From: a virus
Reading direction: 5' to 3' (one strand)
DNA: 46,683 nucleotides
Virus record (IMG/VR): IMGVR_UViG_3300045988_122518
The translations under genes were made by a program, and so were the position numbers. Below, piece after piece: positions 15,476-24,992 of this stretch; the stretch's first letter is position 1, and each line of letters begins with the position of its first letter. The notes beneath the pieces were generated by a model. The model saw nothing but the letters and a program-made list of their open reading frames with translations, did no database searches and was not told where the DNA came from.

Positions 15476-15856
15476 ATGGATATGAATGATATTATTGCTC
15501 GTCTAAAAAATGGTGAGGACGCTCAGGCTATTGCGGACGAAATGGCTAAGTCTCTGAATGATGCGGTTAAGCAGGTAGAGCAGGAGACTAAGAAGCAGGC
15601 CGATCAGAAGACCGCGCTCGCGCAAGAAATTGCCGATCGGATTAACGAGTATGCCGCTCTTAATGGCTACAAGGATTCCGCATTGACCGCGTCTGATGTG
15701 GAGAACATCTTTGCTGAGGTTTACGGTCTTATGACCGGGGTTAACGATCTTCTTGACGTGCTTTTTCCCAAGAGCACCCCGGTAAAGGTTAAGAAGGTCA
15801 AGAGAACTGATGATGATGTAATTGCCGAATTTTTGAACACTTTCATTAACAAGTGA
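15476..15856 (+). CDS. Helical ORFan protein (126 aa)
   Basis: RBS agaaaagagg 9 nt upstream of ATG 15476, not the track start at 15395. Terminator agagagac..gtctctct + T9 at 15926-15962. Confidence 0.5.
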   Translation: MDMNDIIARLKNGEDAQAIADEMAKSLNDAVKQVEQETKKQADQKTALAQEIADRINEYAALNGYKDSALTASDVENIFAEVYGLMTGVNDLLDVLFPKSTPVKVKKVKRTDDDVIAEFLNTFINK

Positions 15857-16248
15857 ACAATGTGTAGGGTGAGATATTTTTCATCCTAAGAATCGACAAT
15901 TTCACCAAGAATTGCTTAATATGAAAAAAGAGAGACTAAAAAAAGTCTCTCTTTTTTTTAGGTTCGAAGAACGGAGATGAGGAAATGTGGTTGGTGTTGG
16001 TTAAACAGATCGGCACCACACGACCACAATTTCCAGCATTTTCGCAAATTTCAGCAATTCATAATAATTTCTATATTTCCGATCAATTATTCCACTCAAC
16101 CGCACTTTACTCCACGTCATCCGAATCTTCCAAACCCTTAATCACTATCCAGAAGCGAATCAACCAATATAGATCTATTATCGATCTCTTCCAGCGTTCC
16201 ATATGCAATATCCAACAGCTACACCAATTAAAAACCAAATAATACCAC

Positions 16249-16638
16249 TCATACAAGCAACTCCTCCAACTTTGTTTTAAATGCACTATCAAGAATATCA
16301 TCAGCAAGCGTTCTCTTACTGAGATCCACATCCTCAGATCCAGGAGCAACAGAATTAGTAGCCTGCGGTTTCTCTTCTAATACAGGCTTCACATATCTAT
16401 ACTCACTCTCAATATATTCAACCCTACCCTGCTCATTAATTCGACCAAGAACTTTACCATGAAAAACCAACTTATTACAGTCGTCCCAAATAAGATATGC
16501 GCCTCGCGTATCTTCCCTATTAAAAAACTCTTTTTTAGTAGTTGCAATTACATTCCAATTGCGGAAGACACCTACCTTTTCTCCATTATTCTCTTTTAAG
16601 GTTTTAGCATCAAATTTCATTTCATTATTCCTTTTCAA
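16249..16638 (-). CDS. ORFan protein (129 aa), minus strand
   Basis: Lies in the AT-rich minus-strand island. A weak RBS aaaaggaataatgaa sits upstream on the minus strand. Confidence 0.4.
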   Translation of the reverse strand: MKRNNEMKFDAKTLKENNGEKVGVFRNWNVIATTKKEFFNREDTRGAYLIWDDCNKLVFHGKVLGRINEQGRVEYIESEYRYVKPVLEEKPQATNSVAPGSEDVDLSKRTLADDILDSAFKTKLEELLV

Positions 16639-17107
16639 ATTTTGATTTCATTTTCCTAAACGTTCCCCGGAATAGACACCCCTACTTTACGCAGAAATAA
16701 CCTACCCCGAGATTTCATTTCAAAATTATATTTCTTTCTTTTATTATATATATATTATAATATATTATTTATTAAATGTCAATTGACTCTTGTAAGAATG
16801 GATTCTCTTCTATTGATTCAGGTCTATCCTCATATTTTATTTTAATTGGTTTTGTCTCATCTGGAACAACAAAATAAATAGTATCATCTTTCATATATAG
16901 ATCAGGTTTTATCATATTTGTTTTATCTATCATCTTATCAAACTATTCTTGCGTTCCTCTTACAAATCTTATTATTGACATATTACCTTTTCCTCCTCTT
17001 ATTACATCTTCATATATCATTACCTTTTACTCCTTTTACTCTCATTACTACCCCTGAATTACCCAGCCGATATATATTAAATATTATCTATTATATATAT
17101 ATTAATA

Positions 17108-17340
17108 GGAACTTTTTGTTCCGAAAATATAGGCAATTCGGAACTAACGGTTCCAAACATAAGGGGCATTTTGGAACTAACGGTTCCGCAGTCCCTAATA
17201 ATTCATCACGTTTTAAATGAATGGAACTAACGGTTCCGAATTTAATGTTAAAATTCAAATTTGTCTTCTTTCGGAACTTTTTGTTCCACTTTATTATTAT
17301 TAATTATCTATTTTTGAATAACAACCTATCCTTTTGGAAC
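17108..17340. repeat. Array of six GGAAC-N5-GTTCC inverted repeats (iteron/operator-like)
   Basis: Copies at 17108-17122, 17140-17154, 17173-17187, 17223-17237, 17273-17287 and 17326-17340. Spacers are TTTTT or TAACG. Centre-to-centre distances are about 32, 33, 50, 50 and 53 bp. Flanked by AT-rich tracts at 16735-16790 and 17075-17107. Confidence 0.8.
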
Positions 17341-17589
17341 TTTTTGTTCCGGAAAATCATTACAGTTATCATAAAAATCATATTTTCCTTCTGCGGTTTC
17401 GACTAAATAGTTATTATTCTTTAAATCATTTATGCCAGCATCAATGGCTTTGCGGACTGCCCTTGCTTCACTCGCCTTTGAATAATCTTTTCCTAACCAA
17501 TTGGCATAGGCGGTCGGATTCATAGTCCAAACAAAATTATTAGTATTACCAGCTAAATATAAATATAATCTTAAACCATTCAATGTCAA
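17326..17589 (-). CDS. Winged-helix replication-initiator / replisome-organizer N-domain-like protein (87 aa to TAG; may extend by TAG read-through)
   Basis: LRLYLYLAGNTNNFVWTMNPTAYANWLGKDYSKASEARAVRKAIDAGINDLKNNNYLVETAEG resembles the wHTH N-domain of phage/plasmid initiators (RepA_N / phage_rep_org_N type). Its 3' end overlaps the iteron array. Its stop is TAG. Confidence 0.4.
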   Translation of the reverse strand: MTLNGLRLYLYLAGNTNNFVWTMNPTAYANWLGKDYSKASEARAVRKAIDAGINDLKNNNYLVETAEGKYDFYDNCNDFPEQKVPKG

Positions 17590-17678
17590 ACTCCCAGTAG
17601 CCTAACCCAACGTAGGAGTGTTTATTGAAGTAAAATTACCACTCTATAAAACTTCTTTATGAATCTTAAATAGGCTCA

Positions 17679-17855
17679 TTATTTCTCGCCCATTAATTCA
17701 TCCAGAGCCTGAACTAACTCCGGAGTCTTTTCGTATATCCAACACATAAAGTTAGGCTTCCGCGGATTCGCGGTTGTTGTTATTGGATATATTCCTTTCT
17801 TTTCTAATTCTAAATATATTCTTAATGAATATATAATTTTATTGGCATTTGGCAT
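17679..17855 (-). CDS. Small ORFan protein (58 aa), minus strand
   Basis: Strong RBS aaaggagtcgctaatATG on the minus strand. Confidence 0.45.
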   Translation of the reverse strand: MPNANKIIYSLRIYLELEKKGIYPITTTANPRKPNFMCWIYEKTPELVQALDELMGEK

Positions 17856-17884
17856 ATTAGCGACTCCTTTAAGTAATTAAAATA

Positions 17885-18442
17885 TTATTCTAAATATTTA
17901 AACGGAGCCAATCTTGATACTTTCTTATTATGTTCCGATTGGAAAATATAATCTAATGGAAGCTGAATTCCATCTTTAATCGGATAAGCATAAAATTCGA
18001 GACAATCTTTGCGTTCTCTTAAATATCCATGATGAACTAATAAGTCAAAATTAAATACAATGTCTTCTATATCTTTACAATACTAAATATCTGTATTCAA
18101 GATATCATTAAAATGAATATAATCTCCATCTTTCTTATTCATTACATAACACCATAATTCAAAATTAATATAATAAGCAAATGTGTATGTGAATAAATAA
18201 AGCGGAACTCCATTATATGCTTTATGTGAAGCCAAAGGCGGAATCTCCCTATTTATTTTAATAGGTTTAGTAAAATCTAATACCGCTCCTGTTTCATACA
18301 AATCATAATTATCAGGACCATTCTTTATAACTTGATAATGTTCCTTTTCAGCAATCTATTCAATATCTTTAACCGCTCTCATACTACCTTTCTTATAATA
18401 GTATTTATCGTGGAAAAAAGTTATCAATTCTTTTTTAGTCAA
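17885..18442 (-). CDS. Minus-strand protein (about 185 aa) intact only if two in-frame TAG codons are read as sense
   Basis: Strong RBS aaaggaggaggac then TTG start. An internal ATG lies at 18382. TAGs at 18360-18358 and 18085-18083 are in frame, and the single frame runs to TAA 17887-17885. The track shows only a 72-aa fragment at 18083-18301. Confidence 0.4.
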
Positions 18443-18770
18443 TTTATAAGTCCTCCTCCTTTTCTTTTTAATTGTTCTATAATAAATAAAAATTTTTTCA
18501 ATACTTTTAATTGCGTTTGCCCATAAATTTTTAAATATTTTTCTAAAAGTAATAATTTGTCTTACATTTTAATACAAAATGGTAAAAATTTTCTACAATT
18601 TTAACTAACGCGGTTTTCCCGTCTAATGTTCCTTCTATCCTAAGCATAGCGATCTCTAATACCTACATAGGCGACTATGAAAAATTGCCTACAATTTTTA
18701 CCTATTTTAATTACATTTAATATGTTTGCCCAAACGCGGTTTATTTTTCATTTAATTCAAAAAACATTTA

Positions 18771-18799
18771 TTGATTTTTATTAAATTTTAATATATAAT
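18771..18799 (+). promoter_or_regulatory. Class-2 promoter variant (TTGATT 18771-76, 17 bp, TATAAT 18794-99)
   Basis: Divergent from the minus-strand island. Drives the 18841+ gene cluster. Confidence 0.5.
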
Positions 18800-18840
18800 A
18801 TAAATATAAAATAAAGAAAAACTATTAAAGGTGATAAAAA

Positions 18841-19038
18841 ATGCTTGCTAAACTTATTGATAATCAAGGTCAAACTCATATCCTTAATACGACTCATATT
18901 CATTCAATTTCTGTAAAGAATTCTGGGTCGGATAAACTTGTAATGGTTTTTTGGGACAATGAAGCAAAAACCGCGTATTATGTAAGACCCACTGAGTATA
19001 GCACTTTTATCAATACTATTTTTAAGGAGGACAAGTAA
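18841..19038 (+). CDS. ORFan (65 aa)
   Basis: RBS aaaggtgataaaaaATG. Confidence 0.5.
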   Translation: MLAKLIDNQGQTHILNTTHIHSISVKNSGSDKLVMVFWDNEAKTAYYVRPTEYSTFINTIFKEDK

Positions 19039-19039
19039 T

Positions 19040-19378
19040 ATGTCTGTTGATTTTGGTTCTAAGCTCGTATGCGGTTATAAAGTCCCCAAGAACCTTCTCG
19101 AAAACTATGATAATATGGCTGAGGCTATCGAACAACTTACCGAAGAAGGTTATTGGCATCGCGCAAGCGATTATGATAACGACGAGAATCCTATCTTCGG
19201 CTATCTTCTCGGTGAGTCTTCCGCAGGTGAAGCCGTCCGCATTGACAATATCTTCATCGCTCCACAGGAATATTATCGCCTTAATGACACAATGAAGGAA
19301 GCTTATGCAAAGTTTCTCAAAATCCCCATCGAAAGCCTTGATGACCCCGAGATTTTTCTAATCTCTACAATCTCTTAA
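19040..19378 (+). CDS. ORFan (112 aa)
   Basis: RBS aaggaggacaagtaatATG. Coupled to the upstream gene. Confidence 0.55.
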   Translation: MSVDFGSKLVCGYKVPKNLLENYDNMAEAIEQLTEEGYWHRASDYDNDENPIFGYLLGESSAGEAVRIDNIFIAPQEYYRLNDTMKEAYAKFLKIPIESLDDPEIFLISTIS

Positions 19379-19394
19379 AGAAAGGAAAATAAAT

Positions 19395-19649
19395 ATGAAA
19401 CAATGCCCCGTTTATTATGAAGCACGCTATTGGGACGACTCTGATAAAATGGATAGATTTACGTGCGGTTTTATCTTTGCAGAAACTCTCACAGAAGCTG
19501 GCCGTTGGGCCGAAGAGTATTTCGACGATCTTATTACTGTCGCATTTACCCCTCTTGATGATGGCCCCTTGCGCGTCAACCGCGATCTTGCCAATAAGAT
19601 TTTAAAGTTTGACAGCGAAGATGAACCCTATTCTGCTAAAATACTATGA
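19395..19649 (+). CDS. ORFan (84 aa)
   Basis: RBS aaaggaaaataaatATG. Confidence 0.5.
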   Translation: MKQCPVYYEARYWDDSDKMDRFTCGFIFAETLTEAGRWAEEYFDDLITVAFTPLDDGPLRVNRDLANKILKFDSEDEPYSAKIL

Positions 19650-20095
19650 TGACTTTTTATTGTAATAACTGCGGTTATTACCGGCCAACAACCGGATTAT
19701 GTCAAATCACAGGCAACACTATGGATCCCAATCACGCAACTTGTGAAAACTTTCTTTGCGGTGAATATTACACTTGTAAAGCATGTCATACTCCAATTTT
19801 CCATAAGCAAATGATCATCGACGATCAAGGCAACACTTATTGCGATAAATGTTGGGCAAAACTTAACACGTGCCAAAATTGTGAACAAAATGTGAACTGC
19901 GCGTTTGATGCTTCTCCCGACACACCGAAAATGGTCCAAAAGCGAGAAATCGTTGGAAATATGCAAGCCGTTATAAATGTCCGTAATCCCGACATTGTCC
20001 GAGACACATGCCAAAATGGTTGTTCTTGTTTCACTGAGGAAAATGGCTGTATGAGAGATTTCAATTACTGCGATAACCTCAAACCTATTCTTTAA
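19646..20095 (+). CDS. Cys-rich (about 19 Cys) probable zinc-binding protein (149 aa)
   Basis: Multiple CxxC pairs: CNNCG, CKAC, CDKC, CQNC. ATGA overlap with the upstream gene. Confidence 0.5.
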   Translation: MMTFYCNNCGYYRPTTGLCQITGNTMDPNHATCENFLCGEYYTCKACHTPIFHKQMIIDDQGNTYCDKCWAKLNTCQNCEQNVNCAFDASPDTPKMVQKREIVGNMQAVINVRNPDIVRDTCQNGCSCFTEENGCMRDFNYCDNLKPIL

Positions 20096-20109
20096 AGGAG
20101 GAATTAAAT

Positions 20110-20709
20110 ATGTTTATCTTCTTCTTGAAAACGCTGGTGGGCGGATTTGTTCTACCGACCTTAATTATTTTTCTGATTTTCGCTATTCATTCCGCATATT
20201 GTAGCTATGGTTATTACAGCACTCTTTCCGATCCTAAGGCTAAGCACTTCCGCAACTGGTCTCACCGCGACCGCGTTGACATTCCCCGTCAAATTATTCC
20301 TGCCTTTTGGATCGGCGTTTGTCTTTATCTTGCCGTAAGTATGTTCGGCGGAGTTATGATGTCTTCCATTACCGAAGATTATGCTAACTATGATTATACG
20401 ATTGCGGAAGCCAAAGAGTTAACGAGTATGGATGATGATGGCAATATCTATACTTACCGCGCATTCGAGGGTGAAAGTGTTTACTATACTTATCTTACAC
20501 TCAGCGCTGATGGCATTACAAGCACTGAAAATTATCCTGTGAATAGCACAGTAGTTATTTACTCTAATCAGGTTCCGCACATTGAGAAGCGTCTCCCGCG
20601 TTATGGCGATTGGAGAGAGTGGTTCTTTGTCTGCACTAAATCAACGCGAGCTTATCTTTATATTCCAGAAGGAACAGATGTAGCGAAAGACTATATTGTG
20701 GAGAAGTGA
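20110..20709 (+). CDS. Membrane-anchored protein (199 aa)
   Basis: RBS aaaggaggaattaaatATG. Two N-terminal TM helices. Confidence 0.55.
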   Translation: MFIFFLKTLVGGFVLPTLIIFLIFAIHSAYCSYGYYSTLSDPKAKHFRNWSHRDRVDIPRQIIPAFWIGVCLYLAVSMFGGVMMSSITEDYANYDYTIAEAKELTSMDDDGNIYTYRAFEGESVYYTYLTLSADGITSTENYPVNSTVVIYSNQVPHIEKRLPRYGDWREWFFVCTKSTRAYLYIPEGTDVAKDYIVEK

Positions 20710-20710
20710 A

Positions 20711-20965
20711 ATGAACAAAGGTGATTTAATTTATTTAAAAATGTCTAATGGCGACCGCGCTTTTATTAATGTAAATGAGGTCGTTATAGTTCTTGTTTCT
20801 CATACTACCAAAAGTAATTCAGATGATAATAATATCTCCACTGAAACTTTTGAAACAAAACTTGAGTTTTGTATGAGCAATAAGTCTCATTATATGTATA
20901 CCTTTGATGACAATGATCCTGATGGTATGAGAGTTATAAGACAACTTAGAAATTTCTTATACTAA
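20711..20965 (+). CDS. ORFan (84 aa)
   Basis: RBS ggag. Starts 2 nt after the upstream stop. Confidence 0.5.
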   Translation: MNKGDLIYLKMSNGDRAFINVNEVVIVLVSHTTKSNSDDNNISTETFETKLEFCMSNKSHYMYTFDDNDPDGMRVIRQLRNFLY

Positions 20966-20976
20966 GGAGCATTTAG

Positions 20977-21222
20977 ATGACTGTAATTTTACACAACTTC
21001 CGCGGTATTAAGTATCTTATCAATACTAATAATATCAATAGCGTTAGCTTTTCCGCGGTCGATTCTAAACAATATGCAGATGAGATTGCGGAAGCAGGCG
21101 GGAGTCCCCTCACGCGCATTTACATTGATTGGTATGGCGGTTCTTCCACAAGCATTCTTGCAATTTCCGAAGTGGCTGATGAATTTCTCAATCTTTTTGA
21201 AAACGCGGTTGAAATCTTTTAA
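20977..21222 (+). CDS. ORFan (81 aa)
   Basis: RBS aaggagcatttagATG. Confidence 0.5.
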   Translation: MTVILHNFRGIKYLINTNNINSVSFSAVDSKQYADEIAEAGGSPLTRIYIDWYGGSSTSILAISEVADEFLNLFENAVEIF

Positions 21223-21280
21223 TTTCTAAATATATTATAACAAAAATTTTGGGTAAAATCAATTAATGGAGGAATAATAT

Positions 21281-21496
21281 ATGAGTCGTATCCCTGTTCT
21301 ATTCATTTATGATGAGTCTCGCGATGAAATTTATTGCGCAACAAATCTTGGTGAATCTGATGCGCTTGAAATCACTATGTCTGCTATTGAGGAGAACGTC
21401 GAAGAGCAATTCCAGTGTCATAAGTTCGATGCTCAGATCTATAATAAAGCGCTTGAACATATGATTGTCTATTACGAATATGTTCCCGTTCTCTGA
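21281..21496 (+). CDS. ORFan (71 aa)
   Basis: RBS aatggaggaataatatATG. Terminator at 21498-21536. Confidence 0.5.
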   Translation: MSRIPVLFIYDESRDEIYCATNLGESDALEITMSAIEENVEEQFQCHKFDAQIYNKALEHMIVYYEYVPVL

Positions 21497-21531
21497 TCTT
21501 TAAAGGATTTGCGTAAACCGCAAATCCTTTT

Positions 21532-21560
21532 TTGATTTTTTATAAAAAATAATATATAAT
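21532..21560 (+). promoter_or_regulatory. Class-2 promoter (TTGATT 21532-37, 17 bp, TATAAT 21555-60) with conserved leader
   Basis: Sequence gattttttataaaaaataatatataatatatatataaagtaaagaaagaaagg. Confidence 0.5.
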
Positions 21561-21597
21561 ATATATATAAAGTAAAGAAAGAAAGGAAATAAAAATT

Positions 21598-21918
21598 ATG
21601 ACTACTTCTAATTCTAAGATTAAAACTCATTCCATTGGTATTCTTTGTGATACGGCCGGAGACCATAATTTCTATTTCCTGAATGCGTCCGAGGCTGATA
21701 TGCAGGAAATGTTTATGGAATATTGTCGAGATATGGTCGATGATAGTCTTATGGAGCGTCAGTTCGAAATGATTCAGAAAGATTCCGATTATGATTGGTA
21801 TCTTTACCACGGTGAGATGACCGGCGAATGGACAAGGAGATTTTCTTCTTATCTCGATATGATGAACGAGGTCGCAAATGATGTTTTCATTGATTTCGTT
21901 GATGCGGTTGAAATGTAA
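21598..21918 (+). CDS. Acidic ORFan (106 aa)
   Basis: RBS in the conserved leader. Confidence 0.5.
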   Translation: MTTSNSKIKTHSIGILCDTAGDHNFYFLNASEADMQEMFMEYCRDMVDDSLMERQFEMIQKDSDYDWYLYHGEMTGEWTRRFSSYLDMMNEVANDVFIDFVDAVEM

Positions 21919-21929
21919 GGAGAATAACT

Positions 21930-22205
21930 ATGAAAGAAATTACTTGTTATAAAATCGAAGATGAAATGACTGGTAAGTCTTGGACATTCGCCAACATCTC
22001 TGAGGCAGAAGCGGAAGAGTTATATCTTGCTTTCCTCGAAGGCGCAATCGAAGAAGATATTATGGAAACTCAGCGAATTGAATATTACGATCTTCCTCTT
22101 TCTGCTCCTGATTGGTGGAAGATCGATCATCGAGAAGAGGTTGATAAACTTCTTCTTATGGATGGCGAGTTCTATATGTATAAATTTAATGCTTACGCAT
22201 TTTAA
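21930..22205 (+). CDS. Acidic ORFan (91 aa)
   Basis: RBS gtaaggagaataactATG. Confidence 0.5.
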   Translation: MKEITCYKIEDEMTGKSWTFANISEAEAEELYLAFLEGAIEEDIMETQRIEYYDLPLSAPDWWKIDHREEVDKLLLMDGEFYMYKFNAYAF

Positions 22206-22216
22206 GGAGGATATAA

Positions 22217-22951
22217 ATGATTCCTGGACTTTATGAAATTTTTAATACGCGCTGGGGCGGTCAGACGGTCTGGGTATCCTCTGATTGGCATTTTGGTGAT
22301 TCGGATTTGCGGATTGGCCACCCCAACCGTATTTCTGACGATGACCTTGTAAAACTTTTAAACAGCAAAGCCGGTCGGAAAGATGTGCTTCTTTGTTTGG
22401 GGGATGTAGGTACGATCTCCTATGTGCGGAAACTGCGCGCCGGTTATAAGGTTCTTATCAAGGGCAACCATGATGCGGGATCTGAAAACTATAAGCGTAA
22501 AATCATCAAGAAGAAATTCTCTATGGATTATTACCAAAAGGACGAAGCACTTATGGAAATGAAGCGTCTTTATCCTGATTGTAAGTATTCTATTGATTCG
22601 GGATTTGATTTCCACACTCCCTTTGAATATTGGGAGATTACCGCGGATAACGGTCTTTTTGATGAAGTGTATGAGGGCGTTCTTGTTATTGGTGAGAAAC
22701 TTATACTTTCTCACGAACCGATTAAGCAGGACTGGGCTCTCGATCTTCACGGCCACGACCACAATCATAAAGAGACGGACATCTATCACAAGAATGTTTG
22801 TGTAGATGTGTTTGGCCCCGCTCCTTTGAATCTAAACCAGTTCATGAAAAATGGTCCAACCGCAAAGATCGGGAGCGTCCACAGAAAAACAATCGACACC
22901 GCGACCAAGAGAAAGCAGAAGCGAGGAGGTAAAAAGATATGGGAGAAATGA
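22217..22951 (+). CDS. Calcineurin-like metallophosphoesterase (244 aa)
   Basis: Ordered MPP motifs DWHFGD, GDVG, GNHD, SHEP and GHDHNH (D-x-H ... GD ... GNH[DE] ... H ... GH-x-H). RBS aaggaggatataaATG. Confidence 0.6.
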   Translation: MIPGLYEIFNTRWGGQTVWVSSDWHFGDSDLRIGHPNRISDDDLVKLLNSKAGRKDVLLCLGDVGTISYVRKLRAGYKVLIKGNHDAGSENYKRKIIKKKFSMDYYQKDEALMEMKRLYPDCKYSIDSGFDFHTPFEYWEITADNGLFDEVYEGVLVIGEKLILSHEPIKQDWALDLHGHDHNHKETDIYHKNVCVDVFGPAPLNLNQFMKNGPTAKIGSVHRKTIDTATKRKQKRGGKKIWEK

Positions 22952-23109
22952 TTATTATGCTATTTATTATATTAGTATTTTTCGGCTTTATGTATATGGA
23001 TTTGCTGGATGATAATACTATGTCTCTTAATGAGAAGTATTATTACTGCGGTATGGGCATGTTGCTCTGCCTGTTTGCTGGTTTCATTCAGTCAGTCTTT
23101 TATGCTTAA
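22939..23109 (+). CDS. 56-aa membrane mini-protein
   Basis: RBS gaggaggtaaaaagatATG. Overlaps the upstream 3' end. Confidence 0.35.
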   Translation: MGEMIIMLFIILVFFGFMYMDLLDDNTMSLNEKYYYCGMGMLLCLFAGFIQSVFYA

Positions 23110-23182
23110 AGCAATAATTCTTTGTTTTTGCGCTCTTGGCATTTTATCCGTTTTGTTCGATGAATTAGATTAAGGAGGGTGT

Positions 23183-23389
23183 ATGGTAGGATTTATTATA
23201 GAAATTATTCTTGGATTAGTTGTAATAAGGATTGCTTTGTATATCTTTAACCTTATCGACGGCGCCGACTCTTCCAAAGATATGTTTCTGATTGATACTT
23301 GTATCATTACCGGAACTCTTCTACTTGTAATTTCCGCGCTCCCAATCGTTTTAGGATTGTATGGAGTAATTCAATATTTTATTCATTAA
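23183..23389 (+). CDS. Small membrane protein (68 aa)
   Basis: RBS taaggagggtgtATG. Two TM helices. Confidence 0.5.
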   Translation: MVGFIIEIILGLVVIRIALYIFNLIDGADSSKDMFLIDTCIITGTLLLVISALPIVLGLYGVIQYFIH

Positions 23390-23402
23390 GGAGAAGATAG
23401 TT

Positions 23403-23807
23403 ATGCTTTATGTAGTTTTTATTCTTGCACTTGCGGTCTTTATTGCTCTTATAGTTTGGGGTTGTAATAAATATTCTGCTCTTGGTTGTATTAGTTCGAT
23501 TGTTGGCTTCATCGGCACCGTTATCTTTGGAATCGTAATGGTATTTTCTACTATTGTGATTATCAATGAAAATGTATACAGTGATTCTCTCTATGAGAAA
23601 TATACAACTCGTAAGGCCACTCTTGAATGGCGACTTGAACAGGACTATACTGATAATGATAACAACCTTGGCGCAACCGAACTTTATGAAGAAATTCAGG
23701 AATATAATGAAGACCTTGCGAGCGCAAAGGCTAATCGCGCAAACCCTTGGTTGAAGGTTTTTGCGGGAGAATATGTTGATCGACTTGAACCTATTGAGTT
23801 AAAGTAA
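23403..23807 (+). CDS. Membrane-anchored protein (134 aa)
   Basis: RBS aaggagaagatagttATG. Terminator at 23810-23846. Confidence 0.5.
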   Translation: MLYVVFILALAVFIALIVWGCNKYSALGCISSIVGFIGTVIFGIVMVFSTIVIINENVYSDSLYEKYTTRKATLEWRLEQDYTDNDNNLGATELYEEIQEYNEDLASAKANRANPWLKVFAGEYVDRLEPIELK

Positions 23808-23904
23808 ACAATAAGGACTTATGTTAATTCATAAGTCCTTATTTTATTTTTATAAAAAAATATAATATAATATATATATAAAGTTAAGAAAGGAAATGAA
23901 AATT

Positions 23905-24180
23905 ATGTATGTAGAGCTTTGGGATTTGATTGGTAGAAAGTATACTGATCCAGAAGATGATGAATACGCAATGCTCGTTTCTAAGGATGGCGTTCATATC
24001 GCCAACGCGGTTGAGATTCTTTTCTCCAAGGCTAAGGGCGAGGGTCGAATCCGCGAATATAGCATTGAAATCCCCTGTGTTTTCGACACAATCGGCGTAG
24101 AAATGGTTTATGTGCTGATTGTTTCTTGGATTAATGCAGATGGCTCTCTTGGAACTTATTATACGGAGGTATGTCATTAA
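23905..24180 (+). CDS. ORFan (91 aa)
   Basis: Class-2 promoter/leader. ATG 23905 sits at the conserved +10 distance after aagaaagga. The track start at 23896 is only 1 nt after the RBS. Confidence 0.45.
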   Translation: MYVELWDLIGRKYTDPEDDEYAMLVSKDGVHIANAVEILFSKAKGEGRIREYSIEIPCVFDTIGVEMVYVLIVSWINADGSLGTYYTEVCH

Positions 24181-24416
24181 TGATTGTTTATGCACTTTGT
24201 TTACATTATGATAGCGGTGGTCTTACCAATGATGCGCACATACTCTCGCTTCATTCTACCAAAGAGAAAGCATTTACCGCAGGTAAGATTTGGGAGAAAC
24301 GCGCGCAGGAAAGATGGGAAAAACATCACGAACCGCAGGAATTGCGCCCAATGTTTACTGGCATGTATGCCGGTGAATACGGTAGTTGTTATGTAAAAAC
24401 CACCACACTTGAATAA
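24180..24416 (+). CDS. ORFan (78 aa)
   Basis: RBS ggagg at 24165-69. Confidence 0.45.
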   Translation: MIVYALCLHYDSGGLTNDAHILSLHSTKEKAFTAGKIWEKRAQERWEKHHEPQELRPMFTGMYAGEYGSCYVKTTTLE

Positions 24417-24429
24417 AGGAGACTATCTA

Positions 24430-24747
24430 ATGGTTGTAATGATTTATGCTTATGAAAGCGTCTATTGCGGACTCCACGGCATCAATACTGGTGGAGTGTA
24501 TGAGGTTGATAATGTCGCAGAAGCCGATGAGATTGGTAGAGAACTGGCTTATGACGTAATCGAGGGCTATGGCCATGTCTTTGAGGATTACGACCAAGAA
24601 GAGGTAAAGGAAGGCATTGAGTGGGAAGTTTGGCCTGTCCGCGATAATACTGGGCTTTCCGTCAGTGAGCTTGACTGCGAATTTGCGAACCTCGGTAGAA
24701 GTCTCTTTATTGATGAGTATTGTTGTGTAGATATCCACAATACTTAA
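24430..24747 (+). CDS. Acidic ORFan (105 aa)
   Basis: RBS aaggag at 24417-22. Confidence 0.5.
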   Translation: MVVMIYAYESVYCGLHGINTGGVYEVDNVAEADEIGRELAYDVIEGYGHVFEDYDQEEVKEGIEWEVWPVRDNTGLSVSELDCEFANLGRSLFIDEYCCVDIHNT

Positions 24748-24930
24748 TATAAAACTCTGGAAGGGCATTCTCTTCCCCAATAGGATAAAGTCTCAGTCCA
24801 TACCGCTCAGGGGTGCTATTCAATAAGGTTAGATTATAAGTGGGTATGATAATTCTGCTAACAAACTTGAATAGGCTATATTATATACGCTGAATCCTTG
24901 ATTGTATGATACCTCCAAAAAAGAGTTTTA

Positions 24931-24959
24931 TTGATTTTTTATAAAAAATATAATATAAT
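24931..24959 (+). promoter_or_regulatory. Class-2 promoter (TTGATT 24931-36, 17 bp, TATAAT 24954-59)
   Basis: Sequence ttgattttttataaaaaatataatataatatttatagaaagttaagaaaggg. Confidence 0.5.
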
Positions 24960-24992
24960 ATTTATAGAAAGTTAAGAAAGGGAATGATAATT

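Noticed and set aside
16918-17406. Plus-strand ORFs 16918-17220 and 17221-17406
   Set aside because: Their translations are poly-L/F/Y low-complexity strings generated by the AT-rich tracts and the GGAAC/GTTCC dyads. They are not genes.
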